From: Candidatus Saccharimonadota bacterium
GTDB taxonomy: Archaea; Nanobdellota; Nanobdellia; Pacearchaeales; GW2011-AR1
Assembly (NCBI GenBank): GCA_041659445.1
Contig: JBAZYG010000001.1
Span: 90,001 to 122,000 of the forward strand
DNA length: 32,000 nucleotides
Reading direction: 5' to 3'
Part shown: in pieces, positions 8,011 to 15,314 of the stretch
Position numbering within the stretch: position 1 is the stretch's first letter
Layout: the number at the start of each line of letters is the position of its first letter
The notes under the pieces: model-generated
The model's database searches: none
What the model saw: the letters and a program-made list of their open reading frames with translations, nothing else
Told to the model about the DNA's origin: nothing
Program-made: the position numbers and the translations under genes

Positions 8011-9225
8011 ATGCAAGACATTAAATTTGAAGTTTTAAATAAAGTAGCAAAAACTAATTTTAAGTTTAATGAACTTGGTAAGAGTTTTAAAATTTCAAAA
8101 TTTGAATCTATAAGTCCTCCGAGTGTTTTTGTTGGTTCTAAATTAAAATATCCTCAAGTAAATGTTGGAATATTGAGTCCTTTGGATAAAGATGAAAATG
8201 CATGGGTTTATGATGATTCAAAATATTGGGCAAATAATGATTTTTCAATTTCAGATATTTTAAAATTAAGAAATAGTTTATTAAATTCAAGATTTAAATC
8301 AAATGTAAAAGATGTGAGGTTAAACAAGAAATTTGTTGAGATTGCAAAAGATGTTGCAATTGCTTCAAAGCCCGTCGATGTTGAAATTGAACTTAAAAAT
8401 GAAATTAATGTGCAAAAAAATTTTGATAAAGTTTTAACTCCTCATGGAATGAAAGGAAATTTGAAAGATGCCAGAGTTACTTCAAATGTTAAAATTTCTT
8501 CAAAAGTTGATAAAGTGATAAATGATGAAATAAAATCAAGTGAAAGTTTGAATTATCTTTATAAAAATAATTTTGATGTTTATTCTCTTTCAAAAATTTT
8601 GAGTGTTGGCGTTCTTGGATTGAAAAAAAATAAAAAAATGGTTCCTACAAGATGGAGCATTACTGCAACTGATGATTCTATTGGAAAAAATATTATTTCT
8701 GAAATAAAAAATTATCCTTTAATTAATGATTATTCGCTGTTTTTCGGAGAATTTTTAGGAAATCAATATTTAATTATGCTTTTTCCTGAAATTTGGAGTT
8801 ATGAACTTTTTGAATTATATTATCCTGGAAGTTCATGGAATCCTTCGACAGATATGAAAGCATCAACAGATTCTGAAAATTATGACGGTAGAAAAGAATA
8901 TGCTTCAAATACTGCAGGAGGTTATTATGCTTCACGACTTGGAGTTTTGGAATATTTAAATTCAATTAAAAAACAAGCAGGAGTTCTTGTTATTAGACTT
9001 GAAACTCCGTCGTATTGGGCAGGATTGGGTGTTTGGGTTGTAAGAGAGAGCGTTAGAAAATCAATGAACAAAGAAGCAATGAAATTTAATTCTAAAGAAG
9101 AAATTTTAGATTCTGTGAAAAAAATTTCTAAAATAAAATATAATTTCGATTGTAATTTAATTTTGGAAAAAAGTAAATTCTTGAAAGGTTTGAATTTTCA
9201 AAAAAGATTAATGGAATGGATTTAG
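8011..9225 (+). CDS. nreA: NreA-like archaeal DNA-repair protein (Nre_N/Nre_C family) with C-terminal PIP box
   Basis: 404 aa. SPPSVFVGSKLKYPQVNVGILSP and VPTRWSITATDD match conserved Nre-family blocks as I recall them. The extreme C-terminus QKRLMEWI (9199-9222) fits the PCNA-interacting motif Qxx[LIM]xx[FYW][FYWLI]. Confidence 0.6.
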   Translation: MQDIKFEVLNKVAKTNFKFNELGKSFKISKFESISPPSVFVGSKLKYPQVNVGILSPLDKDENAWVYDDSKYWANNDFSISDILKLRNSLLNSRFKSNVKDVRLNKKFVEIAKDVAIASKPVDVEIELKNEINVQKNFDKVLTPHGMKGNLKDARVTSNVKISSKVDKVINDEIKSSESLNYLYKNNFDVYSLSKILSVGVLGLKKNKKMVPTRWSITATDDSIGKNIISEIKNYPLINDYSLFFGEFLGNQYLIMLFPEIWSYELFELYYPGSSWNPSTDMKASTDSENYDGRKEYASNTAGGYYASRLGVLEYLNSIKKQAGVLVIRLETPSYWAGLGVWVVRESVRKSMNKEAMKFNSKEEILDSVKKISKIKYNFDCNLILEKSKFLKGLNFQKRLMEWI

Positions 9226-9249
9226 AGAAACAATTTAGAAAATTGAAAT

Positions 9250-9287
9250 CCCGCCGTCCAATTTCCCAACTACCCGCCCAAAAACCC
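9250..9287 (-). other. G-quadruplex-type motif on minus strand (C-rich/i-motif on plus strand)
   Basis: Plus-strand CCC runs at 9250-52, 9265-67, 9273-75, 9277-79 and 9285-87. The last four have loops of 5, 1 and 5 nt (canonical G3N1-7 x4 on the minus strand). 20 C in 38 nt, within otherwise AT-rich intergenic DNA. Confidence 0.5.
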
Positions 9288-9322
9288 GATAATTATAAAA
9301 ATACTCAAAGTTTTAAGGTAAT

Positions 9323-9862
9323 ATGTCTAAATTTTGGGAAAAGATAAAAAACTATCTTAAATTAAGAGAAGAAAGAAGAGATTTAGATTTTTATGAATTG
9401 GATTTATTTAATATTCTTAAATTTATTTTTATTAGGGGGCAAGTGAATGATGATATTATTAAGAAAAAACTTCGTTTAAATGATTTTAAATTTAAAGATT
9501 ATCTTGATGCTTTACAATCAAAGGGATATATAAAAAAGATAAACAAAAATTCATTTTATACTATTACATCTAAGGGTACGGATTATCTTTTACAATCTAA
9601 AAAGATTAAACAGGAGAGAAGAAATAATTTAACAATTCTTTCTGCAACTATTGTTTTAGCAATCTCTGCTTTGATAGAAGTTATAAATATTTTATTAAAT
9701 AATGAACGTACTTGGAATTTTATTCGTGAAAAGGCTTTTCAATTCTTTTCTGAGTTAATTAAGGTCGTTTTTATTTTTGTTATAATTATCATTTGTTTAT
9801 CTCTTTTAATCCTTTTTATAAATTGGTTTAAAAGACATATAAAACCAAAAAAGTTCAAATGA
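9323..9862 (+). CDS. Membrane-anchored winged-helix protein
   Basis: 179 aa. The N-terminal part contains a wHTH-like segment (DYLDALQSKGYIKKINKNSFYTITSKGTDYL). Two hydrophobic helices lie in the C-terminal half (LTILSATIVLAISALIEVINILL; VVFIFVIIIICLSLLILFINWF). Confidence 0.5.
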   Translation: MSKFWEKIKNYLKLREERRDLDFYELDLFNILKFIFIRGQVNDDIIKKKLRLNDFKFKDYLDALQSKGYIKKINKNSFYTITSKGTDYLLQSKKIKQERRNNLTILSATIVLAISALIEVINILLNNERTWNFIREKAFQFFSELIKVVFIFVIIIICLSLLILFINWFKRHIKPKKFK

Positions 9863-9906
9863 AAAACTTCTTAAACTGAATTGTATTCTTTTTGTTGGAG
9901 GTGAAA

Positions 9907-10113
9907 ATGCATAATTGTAATTGTTGGAATTTTATTTTAGCAATAGTTATTTTGGTTTTTTCTTTTTGGAAAATAGATGTTTCATGGTGGATTATTTGGG
10001 TTGCTGCAGCTTTATTAATTATTAAAGCAATATTTGAATGGTGTGGAGCTTCTTGGTGTTGTTGTGGTAGTTGTGATGTAAAAAAACCAAAAGCCAAAAC
10101 TAAAAGAAGATAA
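9907..10113 (+). CDS. Small two-TM membrane protein with Cys-rich N-terminus and Cys-rich polybasic C-terminal tail
   Basis: 68 aa from ATG 9907, preceded by GGAGGTG (9897-9903); the track's start 9892 would include the SD. Sequence MHNCNC-TM1-KID-TM2-EWCGASWCCCGSCDVKKPKAKTKRR. The competing minus-strand ORF 9855..10097 has no such features. Confidence 0.55.
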   Translation: MHNCNCWNFILAIVILVFSFWKIDVSWWIIWVAAALLIIKAIFEWCGASWCCCGSCDVKKPKAKTKRR

Positions 10114-10127
10114 TTTTTTTATTTTTT

Positions 10128-12539
10128 TTATTTTGTTTCTTCTTCTTTGTTTTTTTGATATTCTTCTCTTTTTTGAGCCCATTCTTTATTTGTTTCACAT
10201 TCTGGATTAAAACAAAAAATCCAAGGTTTTTTTCCTTTTCTTAAACTCATTAATAAAGGAAAACTGCAATGTTCGCAATTTTTTTCCATTTTTTTAAAAA
10301 TCCCATTTGGGGGTAAAGAATAAGTATTTCTACAATTCGGATAAGCATCACAAGCAACAAAATGTTTTCTGTTTTTTTTAGAATAATTTATAATTAAATT
10401 TCCTTTTTGGCATTTTGGACACAAGCATAAAGTATTTTTTTGTTTTTCCATTTGAATTAATTTAGTTTGGGCTTTCATTAATTCACTTCCAATATCTTTT
10501 TCATGTTTTTCAAATTGAGAAATTATTTGTGTTATTGTTTGTCTTGTTTGTTCTAACATTTTTTCTTGTTTTTCTTTCAAATTTCCTTGATTCATTTCTG
10601 TAATTTTATCTAATTCTTTTTGCATTTTTCCTGTTAGTTTCTCGTCGATAATTATTGGAGAATATTTTTCAAGAGTTTCAATCAAAGACATTCCTAATGG
10701 TGTTGCTTCTATTGATTTTTCTTTGACATATCCTCTATCATAAAGAGTTTCTAAAATTGCTGCACGTGTTGCTTTTGTTCCCAGATTTCTTTTTTCAAGT
10801 TCAGAAATTATAGAAGCTGGGGAAAATCTTCTTGGGGGCTGAGTTTCTTTTTCTTCAAATCTTTTATCAATTATTTTTATTTTTCCTGAAACATCAGGTA
10901 AATTCATTTCGTTAATTTTTAAAGGATATATTTCAAGCCAAGCCTTTTTTTTAATTTCAGAACCTTCAGTAGCAAATAAATATTCTTCTACTTTTGCATT
11001 TATTTTCTTTTTTTCAATCACTGCTTCTTCGCAAAACAAACATAAAAATCTTTTGACAATTAAGTCATAAATTTTTTCTTCATCTCCTGAAAGGACTTGA
11101 AAATTTCCAGTTGGAAAAATTGATGGATGCGCAGGATCTGTTTTTGGGCCTTCTATAGGTTTTTCTTTTTTTATTAATTTTGAAAATTTATATTTTTTCT
11201 TTAATTCTTCTAAGATAGATTTGTAATCAATGCTTTCAGGTAATTTTTGCGATGATGTTCTTGGATATGAAATTAAACTTGCTAAATAAAGTGATTGTGC
11301 GATTTGAAGAGTTTTAGAAGGCGTTAATCCATATAATCTATATGCTTCTGTTTGAAGTGTTGTTAAATTAAAAGGGGGATTTGGTGGAAGAATCTGCTGT
11401 GATTTTTTTGTTTCAACTTCAGCATATTTTCCAACTAAATTTTCAAATTTTTTTAATTCGTCTTTTTTTAAAATATCCTTTACATATTTTAATTCTATTT
11501 CTGGATTTTCAAGAGTTATAAAAACTTGCCAATATAAAGAGGACTTAAAATTATTTATTTGTTTTTCTTTTTGAACAATTAAATTTAATGTTGGTCCTTG
11601 AACTCTTCCGATAGACATTATTTTGAATTTTCCAGTTGTTTTTATTGCATTCATTAAAGCTCTTGATAAATTTATACCATAATACCAATCCATAAAGTGT
11701 CTTGTTTCACCAGCAATTGCCTGACCCCAATGAATATGCGGTTTTTTTTCTTCATATGCTTTGTTTAATTCTTTTTCAGTGAGTGTTGAGAATTTCATTC
11801 TTTTTGCATCTTCTTGATGAGTTATAAATTTAACAACGTTAATGCCGATTACTTCTCCCTCGACGTCAAAATCTGTCGCCACTGTAATTTCACCTGCATT
11901 TTTTGAAAGACTTACTAATGCATCATAATATTTTTTTGAAAAATCGCCTTTTCTTGCTTTGAAATTAGGCGTCCATGAAATATCAAAAACAGGAACTCCT
12001 GAACTTGGATTATTTTGTTTTAAAGTAAATAAATGTCCTACTGCACATGCAACAATTATTTTTTTCCCATTTCTATCAACTTCATAATATGGAACTCCTT
12101 TTAGATTTTGTTTAGAATAAGATCCTAATGCAGATGCAATTTTCGACGCTGCTTGTGGTTTTTCAGTTATGACTAATTCATATCCGTCTTTTTTTAAAAT
12201 TGTTTTTGAAAATTCTTCTTTAGTTGATTCTTTTATTGTTGTTTTTTTTGATTTTTTTGAAACTTTTTTATGATGATTTGTTTTTGAATGATTTTTTTCA
12301 ATAGTTTCTAATTCTTTTAAAGAGGGTTTTGATGAAATTATTTCAATTGTTTTTTTTGTTATATCTTCTTTTGGTGTTGAATATTTTACTTCTTTTTCAG
12401 TTGTCCTTTTTAAGATGTCTTCTCTTAAAATTTCTTTTGAAACAATTTTTTCAGTGGTTTTTTTTACGTCAGAAGTTTCTAAAGGAAAATAATTTTCAGC
12501 TATTTTTTCTCTTTTTGTTTTTGTTGGTTTTGTAGGCAT
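10128..12539 (-). CDS. topA: DNA topoisomerase I (type IA) with Lys/Glu/Thr-rich N-terminal extension and two C-terminal zinc ribbons
   Basis: 803 aa. Toprim ELVITEKPQAASKIA and TDFDVEGEVIG; active-site tyrosine context LISYPRTSSQKL; zinc ribbons CPKCQKG...CDAYPNC and CEHCSFP...CFNPEC. There is no helicase domain, so it is not reverse gyrase. Confidence 0.9.
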   Translation of the reverse strand: MPTKPTKTKREKIAENYFPLETSDVKKTTEKIVSKEILREDILKRTTEKEVKYSTPKEDITKKTIEIISSKPSLKELETIEKNHSKTNHHKKVSKKSKKTTIKESTKEEFSKTILKKDGYELVITEKPQAASKIASALGSYSKQNLKGVPYYEVDRNGKKIIVACAVGHLFTLKQNNPSSGVPVFDISWTPNFKARKGDFSKKYYDALVSLSKNAGEITVATDFDVEGEVIGINVVKFITHQEDAKRMKFSTLTEKELNKAYEEKKPHIHWGQAIAGETRHFMDWYYGINLSRALMNAIKTTGKFKIMSIGRVQGPTLNLIVQKEKQINNFKSSLYWQVFITLENPEIELKYVKDILKKDELKKFENLVGKYAEVETKKSQQILPPNPPFNLTTLQTEAYRLYGLTPSKTLQIAQSLYLASLISYPRTSSQKLPESIDYKSILEELKKKYKFSKLIKKEKPIEGPKTDPAHPSIFPTGNFQVLSGDEEKIYDLIVKRFLCLFCEEAVIEKKKINAKVEEYLFATEGSEIKKKAWLEIYPLKINEMNLPDVSGKIKIIDKRFEEKETQPPRRFSPASIISELEKRNLGTKATRAAILETLYDRGYVKEKSIEATPLGMSLIETLEKYSPIIIDEKLTGKMQKELDKITEMNQGNLKEKQEKMLEQTRQTITQIISQFEKHEKDIGSELMKAQTKLIQMEKQKNTLCLCPKCQKGNLIINYSKKNRKHFVACDAYPNCRNTYSLPPNGIFKKMEKNCEHCSFPLLMSLRKGKKPWIFCFNPECETNKEWAQKREEYQKNKEEETK

Positions 12540-12579
12540 TTTTAATACTTTTATCTAAATTCTAAAGAACTAGGTTGTT

Positions 12580-12598
12580 TTATTAATTTTTGGTTTTT
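12580..12598 (-). promoter_or_regulatory. Shared 19-nt promoter-like motif (minus strand AAAAACCAAAAATTAATAA), copy 1, upstream of topA
   Basis: Identical 19-mer also at 13011-13029. Contains a TATA-like AAATTAATAA. Lies 41-59 nt upstream of the topA ATG (12539). Confidence 0.4.
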
Positions 12599-12668
12599 AG
12601 TATTTTTGAATATTAAGATATTTGAAAGTATATTTATATAATATTTAAAGAATTTTTATATTTTTATT

Positions 12669-12980
12669 TTATCTGCATTCTTTTAAAGCGTCTTCAAAAT
12701 GTTTATAATCATACCATGTACAACACCAACCCCAATCTCCATCAACATCCATTGCAGTTCCTTCAATTCCTACATAATATTCAATTTTATCTTTTTTTAA
12801 ATGATATCTACAAAATTCTTTTCTAATTACGATGTCTTTTTTACGTGCAAAAGAAACTTCTTCACTACTATAAACAAAATATTCTTTTTCTTCTAATTTA
12901 CTTTTTTCTTCTTCTGTCCATTTGAGATTAATAATATTTTCTGTTATATTCTCTTGATTTAAATTTTCTAAATTTGTCAT
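12669..12980 (-). CDS. Hypothetical protein (103 aa)
   Basis: ORF with ATG start and the shared promoter motif upstream. Trp/Cys-rich C-terminal part (DGDWGWCCTWYDY). No family recognised. Confidence 0.45.
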   Translation of the reverse strand: MTNLENLNQENITENIINLKWTEEEKSKLEEKEYFVYSSEEVSFARKKDIVIRKEFCRYHLKKDKIEYYVGIEGTAMDVDGDWGWCCTWYDYKHFEDALKECR

Positions 12981-13010
12981 TTTTCTAAGTTTCTTTATAA
13001 AAACTGTTAT

Positions 13011-13029
13011 TTATTAATTTTTGGTTTTT
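13011..13029 (-). promoter_or_regulatory. Shared 19-nt promoter-like motif, copy 2, upstream of the 103-aa ORF
   Basis: Same 19-mer as 12580-12598. Lies 31-49 nt upstream of ATG 12980 and abuts the stop codon of the phosphoesterase gene. Confidence 0.4.
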
Positions 13030-13625
13030 TAAATTTCGAAAATTCTTGCTCTTCTTGCTACATTCATAACTTTGGATTTATCAATATTTTCAAATAATCC
13101 TCCACCTTGGTGAATGTGTCCGCAAATAACAAAATCTGGTTTGAATTTGTCAATTGCTTTTCGAACTCCTCTTGAACCAGGAAATCCCATTAATTCAATT
13201 TTGCTTCCTTCTGGAGGACAATGAACAACCATTATTTTTTTCTTTAAATCTTTTATTTTTTTATGGGCTTCACTTAATTCTTTGTAAACTTGTTTTCCGT
13301 CCTCGTAAAAACCCCAATCTGTTGTTCCTGTTCCAAAAAACCCGATGTCTTCTTTTGAAAAACTTTTTTTGTGAAGGTTTATTGTTCCTTTATAAACTTG
13401 TTCAAGATCCTCTGAAATATTTTCAGGATCATGATTTCCAGGAATTGTAATTACTTGTTTTCCTTCTTTTATGAATGGTTGAATAATTTCTTTTGCTTGA
13501 TTTCCAAACCATGTCAAATCTCCGGCTATAATTACTAAATCTACATTTTCTTTTTTTGCTTGTTTTGCAAGTTTTCTTACTAAACCTGCATCGCCGTGTA
13601 TATCTGAAATTGCTAGTATTTTCAT
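13029..13625 (-). CDS. Calcineurin-like metallophosphoesterase (YfcE/MJ0936 type)
   Basis: 198 aa. Motifs ISDIHGD, AGDLT, PGNHD, VHCPP and CGHIHQG appear in the canonical order. Confidence 0.8.
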   Translation of the reverse strand: MKILAISDIHGDAGLVRKLAKQAKKENVDLVIIAGDLTWFGNQAKEIIQPFIKEGKQVITIPGNHDPENISEDLEQVYKGTINLHKKSFSKEDIGFFGTGTTDWGFYEDGKQVYKELSEAHKKIKDLKKKIMVVHCPPEGSKIELMGFPGSRGVRKAIDKFKPDFVICGHIHQGGGLFENIDKSKVMNVARRARIFEI

Positions 13626-13664
13626 AATTTTATTTTGAGAAGAGGTTATTTAAAATTTATGTTT

Positions 13665-14177
13665 TTAAGAATTAATAAAATTAATTAAGTTTTCAGAAAA
13701 TTTTCCGAATATATCCAAGACTTTTGTGTAATTTTGGATTAGTCCGTCGGAAATTGCTTTATTATATTCTTTTATTATTGATATGTGAAGTGATTCTTGA
13801 TCTATCCCACTATTTGAAATTATTAAAATTGGGACATTTTTATAGAGTGGTATAATCTTATCTAATTCTTCTTGATTAATCTCTAACTTCTGCATTAAAG
13901 ATACATCTTTTGATTTTCCTTTTATTAATTTTATTGTTTCAAGTCCGTGAAAAGGAATCTCTTTATCCGAGTTTTTATATAATTCATAAGGAATATTATT
14001 GTAAATAATTTTGTCAAATTTTGATTCTGTTTTTAATCTTCTCAAAAACAAAAGATCATAAAAAGCTCTAGTGAATTCTACATCTTGAAAAGGATTTATG
14101 TCTGATTGAGTTTCTAATTCTAACCATTTAGATAATGTGGGTTCTTGAGGATGTTCTATTAAAAGTATTTTTTTCAT
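13665..14177 (-). CDS. Hypothetical protein (170 aa)
   Basis: Long ORF, ATG start, no motif recognised. Confidence 0.45.
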   Translation of the reverse strand: MKKILLIEHPQEPTLSKWLELETQSDINPFQDVEFTRAFYDLLFLRRLKTESKFDKIIYNNIPYELYKNSDKEIPFHGLETIKLIKGKSKDVSLMQKLEINQEELDKIIPLYKNVPILIISNSGIDQESLHISIIKEYNKAISDGLIQNYTKVLDIFGKFSENLINFINS

Positions 14178-14340
14178 TTTTATAAAATAAATAATTTGTT
14201 TAAAAAGATATATATTCTAGAGTTAAAAGGTTTAAGTAATTATTTTTACTACTTTTTTGTTACCTATTGTCTCTAACATATAGTTTTAAAAACATTTAAA
14301 AGGAAAGAACTATCTGAAAATATATATTGGAGTATATATA

Positions 14341-14607
14341 ATGGAAGATAACTTTGATGTGTTTTTTAGGAGAAAGCCGGCTTTGATGTTGGTTTGTCTG
14401 AAAAGAAACTCTAGAATGAGATATGGAAGTGTTTTGTCTAAAGAAGTTGATTGTACATACAGCCACGCTGTTAAGATTTTGCAAACACTTGAAGAATTGA
14501 ATTTGGTTGAGTTTGACAAAAAGGGGCGAATTAAATTAATCAAACTCACTAAGAAAGGAAAAGACGTTGCAGATGCAATCGAGAATATTCAGAATTTAAT
14601 TAAGTGA
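14341..14607 (+). CDS. Small winged-helix transcriptional regulator
   Basis: 88 aa. VLSKEVDCTYSHAVKILQTLEELNLVEFDKKGRIKLIKLTKKGKDVA follows the HTH-plus-wing pattern of MarR/ArsR-like archaeal regulators. The two overlapping minus-strand track ORFs are judged to be shadows. Confidence 0.6.
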   Translation: MEDNFDVFFRRKPALMLVCLKRNSRMRYGSVLSKEVDCTYSHAVKILQTLEELNLVEFDKKGRIKLIKLTKKGKDVADAIENIQNLIK

Positions 14608-14666
14608 TAAGAGTTAAGTTTCAACAAGCCCCATGTAAGTTTAGGATAATTTTAATTTTATTAGAA

Positions 14667-14678
14667 ATATTTAAATAG
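14667..14678 (+). promoter_or_regulatory. TATA-box-like element (ATATTTAAATAG)
   Basis: Centred about 26 nt upstream of ATG 14699. Confidence 0.45.
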
Positions 14679-14698
14679 AATTTTTTCTTAGATTTATT

Positions 14699-14914
14699 AT
14701 GAGAAATAAAGAAAGAGGAGCTAGTCCGTATGTTCAAATCGCATGGAGTTTGGGAATAATTTTTTTGATTGTGGTTTTGATTTTTGCAATTTTTGCAAAA
14801 GATTCAATGGTTTTTTTGAATTCAATTGTTTGGGCATTTGTTGTTTTGGGAATTGTTCTAGGAGCTTTTCAATATAAAGAAAACAATCCTTCGAAGAGTA
14901 AAAATAAAAAGTAA
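14699..14914 (+). CDS. Small two-TM membrane protein (Cys-free) with basic tail
   Basis: 71 aa. Two hydrophobic helices joined by a short KD-containing loop, the same layout as the 9907..10113 protein (FSFWKID vs FAIFAKD). Has its own TATA box. Confidence 0.5.
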   Translation: MRNKERGASPYVQIAWSLGIIFLIVVLIFAIFAKDSMVFLNSIVWAFVVLGIVLGAFQYKENNPSKSKNKK

Positions 14915-14921
14915 AAAGGAA

Positions 14922-14990
14922 ATGAAAATGTGCGGAACATGCGGTTGTAAAAAAACTAAGAAAAAATCAAGTAATTCTAAAAAAAGATAA
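14922..14990 (+). CDS. Candidate micro-ORF encoding a Cys/Lys-rich peptide MKMCGTCGCKKTKKKSSNSKKR
   Basis: Below the ORF-track size cutoff. Starts 7 nt after the stop of the two-TM gene. AGGA precedes the second ATG (14928) by 7 nt. The peptide CGTCGCKKTKKK aligns with CGSCDVKKPKAK in the tail of the 9907..10113 protein (8 of 12 identical). Its G/C-containing Cys/Gly codons stand out in AT-rich DNA. Confidence 0.35.
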   Translation: MKMCGTCGCKKTKKKSSNSKKR

Positions 14991-15025
14991 TTTTTATATT
15001 TTAGAATATTTTTTAAACTGTTTTC

Positions 15026-15033
15026 TTATTTAT
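15026..15033 (+). promoter_or_regulatory. TATA-like element (TTATTTAT) upstream of the structured tRNA leader
   Basis: Centred about 25 nt upstream of 15055, where the GC-rich segment begins. No comparably good box lies directly upstream of 15117 or 15240. Confidence 0.3.
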
Positions 15034-15054
15034 TGTATTGTAGATACTTAGAAG

Positions 15055-15239
15055 ACTCTGTAGCTGCCATTACGCATAGGCTTCGCGAGACACTGAAAAA
15101 TACTACAAAAAAATATGGCTCTGTAGCTCACGTAAGGAAACGAGGTTTCCTTAACGTTCAACTTTCCTTCGGCACAGAACAGCAATTTCAAAATTGCCTC
15201 CGAGGAAATTGCAAAAAGCTACGAACAAAAAACAAATAT
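15055..15239 (+). ncRNA. GC-rich, hairpin-dense segment containing one degenerate and one exact duplicate of the tRNA-Lys 5' end; candidate structured pre-tRNA leader or novel small RNA
   Basis: ACTCTGTAGCTG at 15055-15066. GGCTCTGTAGCTCA at 15117-15130 is identical to tRNA positions 1-14. Helices: 15131-15141/15145-15156, 15163-15172/15200-15208, 15182-15188/15191-15197 and 15122-15128/15217-15223. Far more G+C than neighbouring intergenic DNA. The track ORF 15033..15263 is an artefact of this. Confidence 0.4.
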
Positions 15240-15314
15240 GGCTCTGTAGCTCAGCCTGGTTAGAGCACCGGACTCTTAATCCGGGTGTCGTGGGTTCAAA
15301 TCCCTCCAGGGCCA
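15240..15314 (+). tRNA. tRNA-Lys (anticodon CUU), no intron, CCA not encoded
   Basis: Hand-folded cloverleaf: acceptor GGCTCTG/CAGGGCC (one G-U), D arm GCTC-AGCCTGGTTA-GAGC, anticodon arm CCGGA-CTCTTAA-TCCGG, variable loop GTGTC, T arm GTGGG-TTCAAAT-CCCTC (one U-U mismatch at 50-64), discriminator A. Confidence 0.9.

Noticed and set aside
9855-10097. 80-aa minus-strand ORF opposite the Cys-rich two-TM gene
   Set aside because: The plus-strand ORF has a GGAGGTG SD, clean TM helices and a motif shared with a second locus. The minus-strand ORF has none of these and overlaps the end of the upstream gene.
12329-12535. Shadow ORFs inside long genes (also 1992-2198, 8774-8965, 13154-13450, 17285-17476, 17519-17719, 19052-19237, 20523-20705, 24440-24718, 26797-26991, 27397-27672, 27455-27646, 27848-28039, 29607-29831, 30229-30423)
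   Set aside because: All lie within, or antisense to, ORFs with strong family motifs. Their products are Leu/Phe/Ile-rich low-complexity sequences typical of off-frame readings of AT-rich coding DNA.
10128-12539. Possibility that the topoisomerase is reverse gyrase
   Set aside because: There is no N-terminal SF2 helicase domain or Walker A. The N-terminal extension is low-complexity Lys/Glu/Thr sequence.
14296-14549. Two overlapping minus-strand ORFs (62 and 79 aa) opposite the wHTH gene
   Set aside because: The plus-strand product has a clear winged-helix pattern. The minus-strand products have no motif, and the two overlap each other.
15033-15263. 76-aa track ORF spanning the region upstream of, and into, tRNA-Lys
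   Set aside because: It overlaps the tRNA gene. Its internal peptide repeats (YGSVAH/YGSVAQ) merely mirror the duplicated tRNA 5' end. It stays open only because this segment is GC-rich. It has no TATA/ATG spacing like the real genes.
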